45,317 nt of DNA from Octopus bimaculoides (lineage: Eukaryota), in NCBI RefSeq assembly GCF_001194135.2, contig NC_068999.1:10386881-10432197 (forward strand), in the 5' to 3' direction. The position numbers and the translations under genes were made by a program. The notes under the pieces were generated by a model. It searched no databases, was not told the DNA's origin, and was given only the letters and a program-made list of their open reading frames with translations. Below, one piece after another: positions 34,761 to 45,317 of the stretch (the stretch's first letter is position 1; each line of letters begins with the position of its first letter).

Positions 34761-35627
34761 AATTCAAGAATTGTAATTCAGTCAGATGAGATTCAATAAA
34801 GAATGTTTTCAAAGAAAGGATTATATGTTCTATTGAGTCGCTAACATAATCTTTACAATTTAATATTCGGTTTTTCGTCGTTGCTTTGTTTATGTTGTTT
34901 TGTTTTGTTTTGTTTTGTTTCTTTTTTTTTACGTATTTTGTGTTTTTTTTCCTTTTTTTCTATTTTACTTTTTAACTTCGTTTGTGTTCGCATGATGGTG
35001 GGGGGGTGTTGAAAATCAAAGGCCATATATAGTAGTAAATGAGAGGGAGAAAGAGAGAGAAAATTAAGAGTGATAGTGAGACGGATAAAAAGAGTGTCTG
35101 AGAGCGAGAGTAATGAGAGAGAGTGAAAGAGAAAATGAAAGTAGAATAGCTTGGAAGTTGGGTCAAGGACCTACTGAATCGCAATTAATGGCTTCCCTCG
35201 GAATATAAGTAGATGAAGTTAAAATCCATTAACTTCAAGCAGGAGTCGAAATTAGTCCTCCTCGAGTTTCATTCATTGCTAGCGTACATCCTCTCACAGG
35301 CCATTTTACAGGTTAGCTTTAAAGTTGTGCTGTAAATGTTTTTAAAGTTCTCACTTAGAATTAAGGGGCTGGTTAGAAACAGCAATCCGCGGAAATTGAG
35401 CGCAAATTAAATAAGAACTGGTTCAAATGTCGAAATCTTTTGGGTTTAATTTAACAAAGCACCAGCGAAATAGTATTACTAGAATTGTGCCTAAATCAGA
35501 AATCAGTCCGGAACCTTTTTACCACCAAGAACATTTCACAAATAGTTTACTCGGCATCCGTCTGATCCTTTTCATTCAGTAAATTTAACCTTTTTGATTA
35601 AAGTGGTTTACTATTCCAGAATTGGTA

Positions 35628-35920
35628 GGAGGCGTATGGCATATTGGTTCCCGGACTGAGCTGTGTGCTGTGTCCTTGAGCAAGACACTTTATTTCACGT
35701 TGCTCCAGTTCACTCGGTTGTAAAAGTGAGTAGCGACGTCACTGGAGCCAAGCTATATTGGCCTTTGACTCTCCGTTGGATAACAACGGTGGCATGGACA
35801 GTGGAAGGTTTTATGCATGGGCGATTGCTGGTCTTCCATGAACAGCCTTGCCCAGACTTGTTCTTCGGAATGGAACGTTCTATGTGCAATATCATGGTCA
35901 TTCATGAACGAATGGAGTCA
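35628..35920 (+). mobile_element. CORE-type SINE with a third tail type and a deleted tRNA head
   Basis: ggaggcgtatggc joined almost directly to ccggactgagctgtgtgctgtgtccttgagcaagacactttatttcacgttgctccagttcactc; the tail is unrelated to those at 30367 and 3075. Confidence 0.72.
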
Positions 35921-36485
35921 TTACCCAAGTATAGAGTCACGTATAGGGATTATAGGGAATTGGAAAATTTCTATTAACTAAAATTATTCTTTCAATTTGT
36001 AAGCAAAAACCCATTTAGACTTGCTGAAAATCTAAATTAATGGATTTTTAAAAATCACACGAAGCAAGGATATATAATTTAATAAAATTACAGAATGGAA
36101 AATTTTGAAAATTTAAGCATAACTTAAGGTATATAATCATATATCTTTTTATGTTATGATTTGAAATCCCACTTGGCTCAACAATGCTTTCAATTTTTTT
36201 ATTGTTTGGAGAGTCAGAAAAATAGATACTAGTAAATTACACGGTTCCTTATAATTCTCCATTTTAATGAATATTAAAAGCATACTCGGATCACTATCTT
36301 TGATTAGAAATCAAAGTCTCTTGGTTTTGAGGTATATAGTTTTCTTTAAGAACTTGTGTCTTAAAGGAACCTGTCGTGGACGAAATACGGGAGCCGAAGA
36401 GCATTTAAAGAAACTAAATATATCAAGTATGCGACATGAATAATGTTTCCAGCCCTTTCAACAAAGGGTCTAAACAGTAAGAATC

Positions 36486-37050
36486 TTAAACACGCCAGAC
36501 TAAATGCTTAGCGGCATTTCTTCTGTCGACTTTGCTTTTCATCCAATCGCCGTCCATTAAGTAAGAACCAGTTGAGCACAGGGGTCGTTATAATTCATCA
36601 GTCCTCTACCCCAAAATTTTAGGCCTTGTGCTTTTAGTATAACATATTATTACTGCTGCTTCGATAGGGGGTCTGAGCTGTCGGAATTGTTAGCACACCG
36701 GGCAAAATGCTTAACGATATTTCGTCCGGCTTTACGTCCTGAGTTCATATTCCGCCGAAGGCCGTTTGACTTTCATCATTTCGGGTCCATATAATAAATA
36801 CCAGTTGAGCACGGAGGTTAATGTAATTGACTTATCCCCGAATTTGCTGGCCTTCTGACAAAATACGAAACCATGCGAGCTGGCAGAATCGCTAGCACAC
36901 TGGACAAAATTCTTAGCGGTCTTTCGTCCGTCTTTTCCTTCTGAGTTCAAATTCTGGAAAGGTCGACTTTACCTTTCGTCCTTTTTGATCGATAAAATCA
37001 GTACCAGTCAATTACATCTACTGTCCAAACCACCGAACTTGCTGGCCTTA
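36486..37050 (+). mobile_element. Three consecutive diverged SINE family B copies
   Basis: Recurrent atgcttagcgg / tgagttca(a)att / gtcgacttt..tttcatcc / taccagtt at about 36486-36650, 36668-36870 and 36875-37050. Confidence 0.78.
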
Positions 37051-37439
37051 TATGAAAATCAAACCTGCTTCGAAATCAAGATTTAATTTTGTTTTACTTC
37101 TGCGATCTGTCAACCGTGTCTCTGCTCTTTCTCCTCGCACCCTTACCCATCTCCCATTTCCACTCACCTACCACACTTCCAACGCATCATTGTCCGAATC
37201 TTAAAAACGGATAAGTTTTATGTTATCTGTATATACCTCAGAGAAACGATTAGAAATTCACTCCAAAGTTGGCTCGAGTATATGGTACCGATAAGCTCTA
37301 AAGACAATAAAATATCGATATCTGCCATTTTCGTTCAAATTCGAGATGATTCGTTCCGTGTGGTTTTGAAGTATGCGGTGTGTTTTGACACCTTAAGCAT
37401 TAAAGAGACTCAACGAAGTACAGCAGCGGAAAAGCGTTT

Positions 37440-37494
37440 AAACAAAATAAACTTTTCGCCCAGCGTTGCTGACGTTTCTGCCAGTTTGCCGCCT
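37440..37494 (-). mobile_element. SINE family B head fragment
   Basis: ttttcgcccagcgttgctgacgtttctgccagtttgccgcctt. Confidence 0.7.
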
Positions 37495-38044
37495 TCTGCT
37501 TCCATAGTATTGACGAAACCGTACCTAAATGTTCGGACTTCTGCTTACCATAGAAACAATTATTTATATAACACAAAAGAAAGAACCTCTAGATTACAAA
37601 TTTTAGATGTCTAAAAAATGTGTAGACTTTTGACGTAATTACTACATCAAATACTAGCGTACACAGAGAATGTATTGTACTGCTAATACATGCTATTGTG
37701 AGGGTTCGTTGGAAACAATAGTCTAAGTATTCTGAAACAAAAAGCGAAAATTAATAAAAATATTATCAAAAGAACTGAATTTATATACATCCGAACATAT
37801 TTTGTAGGTACAAATGCACTCGCCTAAAACAGAGAGGGGCAATGTATAGCAAGAGTGCGTATGATTACATATGTATTAATATCTGTGATTAAGTGTCACG
37901 CACACATACATGACACATATACATATATTGTTTCATGTATTCAGTATGCAATACTTTGTGTTCGTTACATTATGACAAGTAAACTATTTAATACATTTAT
38001 CGTTTCTTAGAAATTACATTGTAATTTTCAAACTTTAAACTAAA

Positions 38045-38790
38045 TTGTGATATCTACTATCATCTTCTTCGAAATAGTCACCTTGCGCAGCTATAAGGTG
38101 GTTCCAGCGTTCCTACTACTTTTAGAATCCGGTCTAGGAGTTGTTGTCCGTAAGCGAATCAAAGGCTTTCAGCGATGCGCGCTGGGTCTCGACAATGGTG
38201 ATAAAAAGGCGATCTTTGAGCTGCATTTTCATCTTGGGGAAGAGATGGAAACCCTCAGATGCTAAATCTGGCTAATATGGTGGATGCAGAAGCGACAGCA
38301 TGTTGATTTTGGCGAGAAACTCATAAGAGAGGAGAGCTCGAGGACAGGGTGCATTGTTGTTGTGAAGACTACAATACTTCGCCGTCCACAGACCCGATCG
38401 CTTTCGTTGAACGCCCTCGTTCAAACGCTTCATAAATCGCAGTAGAAAACCTCGATTGACGGTCAGTCCCTAAGGGACGAATTCCTGATGCACAATCCTG
38501 CAGATGTCGAAAGAAACGACGAGCATGCTCTTGACTGAGCTGCGACTCTGCCGAAGCATGCGAAGATGTCTCCGTAGCAGACCTCTTAAATTCAGTGCGA
38601 TATTCCACATTGGCTCTTTATTCGAACTGCCTCTTCATGACAAAAATCTCAGACTACAGCATACACGTGAACGCAAAATCCCAAATTTCACAGCTTGCGA
38701 AGAAAACACAGCGACGTCACTAGACATACAGCCTCATGAAAGTAACTGCTTGCTCTCAATACGCACGCAACATCTGTTGGCGCACTAGAG
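38045..38790 (-). mobile_element. Internally deleted mariner transposon relic
   Basis: ATG at 38638: MKRQFE*RANVEYRTEFKRSATET..MLRQ joined to SRSSVKSMLVVSFDICRIVHQEFVP*GLTVN...LHNNNAP (HDNA)...LHPPY*PDLA (YSPDL)...FHLFPKMK...ERWNHLIAAQGDYFE. The 5' UTR carries a catctgttggcgc motif on the plus strand. Confidence 0.9.
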
Positions 38791-38825
38791 ATCTACTCTG
38801 GGAAATGTTTGATAACACCTCATAG

Positions 38826-38866
38826 ATAGATAAATATACACATAATCAGATAGATACACAAATAGG

Positions 38867-38954
<88 letters not shown>

Positions 38955-39027
38955 TAAATTGATATATAGATAGGTAGACAGACAGATAGCTAAATAGATT
39001 GACAGACAGATAAATAAATAAATATAT
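38826..39027. repeat. GATA/GACA microsatellite
   Basis: Directly visible. Confidence 0.96.
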
Positions 39028-39214
39028 NNNNNNNNNNNNNNNNNNNNNNNNNNNNNNNNNNNNNNNNNNNNNNNNNNNNNNNNNNNNNNNNNNNNNNNNN
39101 NNNNNNNNNNNNNNNNNNNNNNNNNNNNNNNNNNNNNNNNNNNNNNNNNNNNNNNNNNNNNNNNNNNNNNNNNNNNNNNNNNNNNNNNNNNNNNNNNNAT
39201 ATATATATATATAT

Positions 39215-39420
39215 ATATATATAGTTAAAAAAAACAATAACAAAAAAACAAAAAAAACAACAAAGTGAGGACGTGATATGGATAGTATTATTGGACGCTC
39301 AGGAAAGGAAAGAGAGAGTGTATGACGTTTCGGGCGTAGCCCTTCGTCGGAAAGATGGAAAGTTCGGAGAATGGAAGAACGGAGAAAGAGGAAAATGGTA
39401 CCGATGCCCACGAGGTTACA
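39215..39420 (-). mobile_element. (TA)n-adjacent short element resembling a Penelope terminal repeat, with a hammerhead-like core
   Basis: Minus strand TCTTT-CCGACGA-A-GGGC-TAC-GCCC-GAAAC-GT-C-ATAC (39355-39320); abuts (TA)n. Confidence 0.6.
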
Positions 39421-39814
39421 TATATAGATAGATAGATAGTTAGATAAATTGATAGATAAATAGATAGATAAATGTGGTCACTTTTAATCAGAAGCCGGAT
39501 ATAGGGAATCAGTGGCACCCAGCAACAAAACCTTCACTAATCCTTGCTCAGCCACTCCCGTAAACAGCTTTTAAGAATGAATCATTTAATTCCATTATAA
39601 TTAGCTATCGAATGGCACCCAACAGAGAGAGAACTCACTTGCCATTAACTTGTACTGAATCTATATCTATTTCAAAAACAGGTATTCCTTTCATAAATGC
39701 ATAAGTATATGTCTGTGAGTGCTTTAGTTTGTGTGTGTGTGTGTATGCGTGTGTATGTGGTATAACTTAGTTTTCGGTCTTTATTGACACAGACTTAATA
39801 CTAATATCTAGGCA

Positions 39815-39877
<63 letters not shown>

Positions 39878-39992
39878 NNNNNNNNNNNNNNNNNNNNNNN
39901 NNNNNNNNNNNNNNNNNNNNNNNNNNNNNNNNNNNNNNNNNNNNNNNNNNNNNNNNNNNNNNNNNNNNNNNNNNNNNNNNNNNNNNNNNNNN

Positions 39993-40320
39993 CAGGCAAA
40001 ACATCCAGACAGTTAGGTGATAGAAAAAAAGGGACAACAAAACATCCAGACAAACAATACAAGGAAAACAAGGATGGGTCATTCGGAGTTTTCTATCCTC
40101 AGTCGAGTTCTAGATTATCTTTGTAATTTCGGCTAGTTACACTCGAGATTGCTCCAATCTAGCCAGCCCCAAGGAAAAACTAAGCTAAGAGCATTAGATT
40201 CCTTGGAAGAAAGCAGCAAATGTATACGAAAACAAGGACGGAAAAAAACAGAGAAATGTTACACAAATACAAATGTAATTAACAGGACATAACAACAGGT
40301 GTCTTCCGACTAAGGACGAA
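39993..40320 (-). mobile_element. Unclassified (TA)n-adjacent interspersed repeat with a degenerate hammerhead-like motif
   Basis: Minus strand CTGAGGA-TAG-AAAA-CTC-C-GAAT-GAC at 40102-40078; starts at a TA-flanked gap. Family assignment not verifiable within the window. Confidence 0.35.
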
Positions 40321-40489
40321 TATGTATTAGTGTACGTAAACCTATATCTGTCTGTTTCTCTGTATTTCTCTCGTTCCCTCCCTCCCCCATCTCTCTCTCT
40401 ACACACACACAAACATACACACGCACAAACTCCCACACGTAACTATAGGATCTATCCTGATAGTGCAGAAGTAGCTATAAGTCTATTAA

Positions 40490-40943
40490 TCTTTTATTTG
40501 CTTCAGTGACTTGACTGCAGCTGGGGCACCGACTTCAATAATTTTAGTCGAGTGAATCGATCCCTGGACACTTTTTTAAACTTAATACTTATTCTATGCA
40601 TATACTTTGCCGAACTGCTAAGTTACGGGGACGTCAGTACATCGACAAAGCTTATCAAGCTTTGGTGGGCGGACAAACACTGACACAGTGAGAGACCCAC
40701 CCATAACACACAAACACACATACACACACAAGCACATACACTTACACACATACACACGTAAACACACATTCATAAACACAACATACACACGCACACACCT
40801 ATCCACTACCAACTCACAAGACTTTGGTCTATCCAAGGCTATATATAGTAGAATACAATTGGCCAAGGTGCCACGCAGTGAGACTGAACCCTGTACCATG
40901 TGGTTGGGAAGCAAACGTCTTACCACAGAACCACACCTACGCC
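40490..40943 (-). mobile_element. SINE family A, full length, diverged
   Basis: Reverse complement colinear with 29306-29714, including the internal CA tract. Confidence 0.88.
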
Positions 40944-41039
40944 TATTTATTCTTTCTTTCTTTCTTTCTTTCTTTATTTATTACATAACTGACGTAGGGT
41001 TTGGAAATTGCATGTAATACTAGGTAACACTTCCTGCGT

Positions 41040-41420
41040 ATTGATGAGCTATTGAATAAAGTCTCAATCACACACGTTGCTCTTTCGCTTGGATCAAGCA
41101 GGTTGTAGTAAGAGGATGCCTCATTCGAGTCCTGCTACGGATCGGTAATAGTTAAACGCCGCAATTTTACGAATGATTGCTTTGATACCAAAGATGTATG
41201 TGGCCATTGCATTGTCACGGTGAATGTAGATCTTTTTCAGACTCTCATCCGCTTTCTTTTTCCAGATAGTTTCTTGATGAAACGCTCGTTGTTGATAGTA
41301 CAAACATGTTCCAGTAAGAAAAGGTATAATGGTATACTTCTCTTCCAAAAATACAATCGCCATGACTTTCCGAGCTTCTTGATGCCCTCTTAATTTCTCA
41401 GGCCTTTCGGGAAGTATAGT
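41040..41420 (-). mobile_element. Mariner transposase catalytic-domain relic
   Basis: RPEKLRGHQEARKVMAIVFLEEK (SAxKVMxxVFWD)...KKIYIHRDNA (HxDNA)...HP.Y..L.PSE (HPPYSPDLAPSD-like). Confidence 0.72.
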
Positions 41421-41807
41421 AAGTGCATTGCATGGAGTGGAACATCGTTTACAGGTGATGTTCATGACTTTGAAAACATTTGATGAACGAACTTGTTCGG
41501 AGCTGATCTGGAAAAAAAAAAAAAAAAAAAAGACAACAGCAGCTACCAGCATATTTGAAGATGCTTTATATGGAATTATGGGTAGAAGTCATGATATTAA
41601 CGTTAAGTAATACACACACACACATAAATCGCTTTTAAAAATTGGACACATAATCTTCATAAAAACAACGGTAGAGTCGTAAATGGAATAACTGCCCTCA
41701 TAAGACAATTATATGGTACTGCTTTGGATCTGAACAGGAGCAATGTCTGCTTAGAATCTATGATGACAATAAATTTAAACAACTGGTTCACCGAAACTTA
41801 AATCTAC

Positions 41808-41852
<45 letters not shown>

Positions 41853-41899
41853 CGTCTTCCATTTCTAGAGTGGCAAACACACATTTATAGAAAGGAACA

Positions 41900-42215
41900 G
41901 AGATATTGATAATATAATGTTAGTGTGAGAAGTGTGCCAAGTAAACATAGAACGAGAAGTAAAGAATAGTCGGATGTTTGTGAGTTTGAAATCAAAAGTG
42001 AGATGTATTTTTACACCAGGTGTCAGTCGAGTAAAAGCTGTAGTAAATTTACGCTGTGTAACATGAGACTGAAGAAGTCGTAGACGAGAATATAGATTAC
42101 CTACTGGGCTCTCTCAGTTAACGAGTCACTTGAGCGACTTAACGCAATCTCTCACAAGTCTTGCCTTGTTTGTATGACTCCGGATGTGGATATTTTAATT
42201 CCGATTACTTCAGGT
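41900..42215 (+). mobile_element. Possible APE-endonuclease LINE relic
   Basis: SRMFVSLKSK, IYAV..TEEVVDE and GYFNSD in different frames resemble SRLMxxxL, xYAP and GDFNA. Confidence 0.28.
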
Positions 42216-42247
42216 GTTTTATACATGCATACATAAATGCATGTACG

Positions 42248-42279
<32 letters not shown>

Positions 42280-43332
42280 NNNNNNNNNNNNNNNNNNNNN
42301 NNNNNNNNNNNNNNNNNNNNNNNNNNNNNNNNNNNNNNNNNNNNNNNNNNNNNNNNNNNNNNNNNNNNNNNNNNNNNNNNNNNNNNNNNNNNNNNNNNNN
42401 NNNNNNNNNNNNNNNNNNNNNNNNNNNNNNNNNNNNNNNNNNNNNNNNNNNNNNNNNNNNNNNNNNNNNNNNNNNNNNNNNNNNNNNNNNNNNNNNNNNN
42501 NNNNNNNNNNNNNNNNNNNNNNNNNNNNNNNNNNNNNNNNNNNNNNNNNNNNNNNNNNNNNNNNNNNNNNNNNNNNNNNNNNNNNNNNNNNNNNNNNNNN
42601 NNNNNNNNNNNNNNNNNNNNNNNNNNNNNNNNNNNNNNNNNNNNNNNNNNNNNNNNNNNNNNNNNNNNNNNNNNNNNNNNNNNNNNNNNNNNNNNNNNNN
42701 NNNNNNNNNNNNNNNNNNNNNNNNNNNNNNNNNNNNNNNNNNNNNNNNNNNNNNNNNNNNNNNNNNNNNNNNNNNNNNNNNNNNNNNNNNNNNNNNNNNN
42801 NNNNNNNNNNNNNNNNNNNNNNNNNNNNNNNNNNNNNNNNNNNNNNNNNNNNNNNNNNNNNNNNNNNNNNNNNNNNNNNNNNNNNNNNNNNNNNNNNNNN
42901 NNNNNNNNNNNNNNNNNNNNNNNNNNNNNNNNNNNATATATATATAAATACATACATGCAAGCACATATATATATATATGTCTCTGTATATATATGTAGA
43001 TGTGTGTGTGTGTGCAAGCACGTACGCCTATATAAACACCCGCACAATACAAACAATCGCACGCACGCACACTTACACATACGCACATGCATGCAAGTAT
43101 GTACGTTATCATGCCTATATCACTGTTATTTTATGTTTGTTTATATGCATGCACGTATGTACAGAACTATATAAAATTATCTAGGAATGTCGGTAGTGAA
43201 AGTAGAGACGTATGAGGCTTAGCAGTACAATTTCAGATTATCTTAGCGAAATATTCAATCACGTAAAATGCACAATGACTCAACAGGTAGTCGGCGCATT
43301 GGATTTTTTATTATATCTATGTTGATTAAGTA

Positions 43333-43710
43333 GAGGCGCAATGGCCCAGTGGTTAGGGCAGTAGACTCACGGCCATAGGATCGCGATTTCGATTCCTAGA
43401 CCGGGAGTTGTGAGTGTTTATTGAGAGAAAACACCTAAAACTCCACGAGGCTCCGGCAAGGGGTGGTGGCGAACCCTGCCGTACTTTTTCACCACAATTT
43501 TCTTCCACTCTTTCTTGCCGTTTCTGTTGTACCTGTATTTCAAAGGGCCAGCGTTGTCACACTTTGTGTCACGCTGAATCTCCCCGAGATCTATTTTAAG
43601 GGTACATGTGTATATGGAATGCTCAGCTACCAGCACGTCAATTTCACGAGCAGGCTGTTCCGTTGATCGGATCAACTGCAGCCCTCGTCGTCGTAACCAA
43701 CGGAGTACCA
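43333..43710 (+). mobile_element. tRNA-derived SINE with a non-CORE central region and the tail shared with 30367-30687
   Basis: A-box tggcccagtggttaggg, B-box-like atttcgattcc; unique middle 43400-43540; tail 43541-43710 aligns to 30521-30687. Confidence 0.88.
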
Positions 43711-43789
43711 CGATGTTGATTAAAATAAGCATTTAAAGAATGAAACTCATACATAAAACATAGATTGTTTGGAATATTTATCACTGCTG

Positions 43790-43866
43790 AAGGCAGCAAG
43801 CGGACAGAATCCTTAGCACGCCGGGCAAAATGCTGCTGTTACGTTCTGAGTTCAAATTCTGGAGAG
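43790..43866 (+). mobile_element. SINE family B head with an internal deletion
   Basis: aaggcagcaagcggacagaatccttagcacgccgggcaaaatgct...gttacgttctgagttcaaattct. Confidence 0.75.
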
Positions 43867-44101
43867 GTTAGAGAGTACCTTATTAAGCTTCAGTAATGTA
43901 CTAAAAACAGACTGCCTAAGTCTGGAAAGTTCTAAGTTGAGCTCTTGGTTGATCGGCCGCTGAAAGTGTAGGTGTTCTAAGTGGTATATAGGAAGTTTAA
44001 TGTTGTTCATCGCAGTACTATTGTTTATTACAGAGAGCCATTTGCGTTGGTAGGTATTTGGCAAAAGCTGGCTTTCGGGGACGTAATATATATATATATA
44101 T

Positions 44102-44263
44102 GCGACAGCCTTCTTTCAGTTTCCGTCTACCAAATTCACTCACAAGGCTTTGGTTAGCCCGAGACTATAGTAGAAGACACTTGCTCAAGGGGCTCCGCAG
44201 CGTGACTGAACCTGGAACCATGTGGTTGGGAAGCAACCTTCTTACCGCACAGCCACTTCATGC
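44102..44263 (-). mobile_element. SINE family A, 5' half
   Basis: Reverse complement of 16662-16823 at high identity; ends at (TA)n. Confidence 0.9.
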
Positions 44264-44775
44264 ATTTCCTTGTAACTTCGGAATTGCAAAGATGTGATAG
44301 ATTATTTTCAAAAGAACATTGTAGGTTATATGTGAAAGGTCAGATCTGGCCAGCCGATTTGCACATAAACAGGTGGGCTCTTTGGACCTGATATGGGTGG
44401 TTTAAATCCTAAAGAGCTAAGTATGATCGCAGATTAACCAGAAACTTAAAAAGCTGATAAGTGGACGCGATAATTATAGTCATCAAACAATCAAAAGTTA
44501 TTCTCTCTAGTCAGCATGCGTATATTCATATATATATANNNNNNNNNNNNNNNNNNNNNNNNNNNNNNNNNNNNNNNNNNNNNNNNNNNNNNNNNNNNNN
44601 NNNNNNNNNNNNNNNNNNNNNNNNNNNNNNNNNNNNNNNNNNNNNNNNNNNNNNNNNNNNNNNNNNNNNNNTATATATATGCATGTGCGTGCAGGTACAT
44701 ACATACCTGCATATACATATGTACACACGCATGTATCTGTGTATGCGCTTGGGTGTTTAACTATCCATTCTAAAA

Positions 44776-44862
44776 ATGGAGCTTCTTGCAAAACCTCCTC
44801 TGGTGCATTATCTGGCAAGGAAATTTTTCAGAAATAACTCACATTGTAAACATGTAACTCAG
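44776..44862 (+). other. Candidate exon ending at a strong donor (MELLAKPPLVHYLARKFFRNNSHCKHVTQ, or a 31-nt micro-exon from 44832)
   Basis: Donor CAG|gtaagt at 44862. The ATG at 44776 is in frame (87 nt); an alternative acceptor tttttcag ends at 44831. Confidence 0.22.
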
Positions 44863-45005
44863 GTAAGTAAATTTATCTATATATAGCTAAAATGATGTCA
44901 ATACTTTAGCTACCACGACTTCTTGACCAATTAAATATCTCATATTTCACCCTATTTCCTACAGCAAACTTAATTTTGGAATACGTACACGTGCGCACAT
45001 TCAGG

Positions 45006-45079
45006 TCTATCTATCTATCTATCTCTCTATCTCTCTATCTATCTGTATGTCTGTCTGTCTATCTGTCTGTCTGTCTGTA

Positions 45080-45113
<34 letters not shown>

Positions 45114-45125
45114 TCTGTCTCTCTA

Positions 45126-45162
<37 letters not shown>

Positions 45163-45262
45163 ATATCTATCTATCTCTCTATCAATCCATCTATCTATCT
45201 ATCTTTCTATCTATACATCTGTCAGTCTTTTTGCCTATGTATCAATCTATCTATCAACCTAT
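45006..45262. repeat. TATC/TGTC compound microsatellite
   Basis: Directly visible. Confidence 0.96.
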
Positions 45263-45317
45263 TTCTCTCCGTATATAAGTTTGCATTTCATGCACGTATA
45301 TGTGTGTGTGTGTGTGT

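Noticed and set aside
42152-43174. Multiple 230-340 aa ORFs
   Set aside because: They span a 656-N gap flanked by CA/TA repeats; the same applies to the ORFs at 17411-18438, 19720-20655 and 33362-34252.

Overview
AT-rich, repeat-dominated eukaryotic intronic or intergenic DNA from a gapped scaffold. It has about 16 N-gaps, nearly all bordered by simple repeats. The SINE families and microsatellite load point to an Octopus-like cephalopod (inference from recognised repeat sequences, not a database search). No intact protein-coding gene can be supported; almost all listed ORFs are microsatellite or gap artefacts. Recognisable content: a decayed Penelope-like element (RT C-terminus, CxCx5C linker, GIY-YIG) at 1-830; a Dong/R4-type restriction-like endonuclease 3' end abutting (TAA)n at 7511-7975; three mariner transposase relics; a Hero-clade non-LTR relic at about 31858-32650; several faint RTE/APE LINE relics; and about 25 tRNA-derived SINE copies of at least four modular types. 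The most unusual observations are (i) a 76-bp tandem array made from a piece of the Hero ORF, (ii) (TA)n-associated Penelope-terminus-like fragments carrying minimal hammerhead-ribozyme-like cores, plus an 82-bp-stem foldback built from hammerhead-like half sites, (iii) head-to-tail SINE multimers and head/core/tail swapping between SINEs, and (iv) a local 94%-identical 170/186-bp duplication. A few splice-flanked micro-exon candidates are listed at low confidence.
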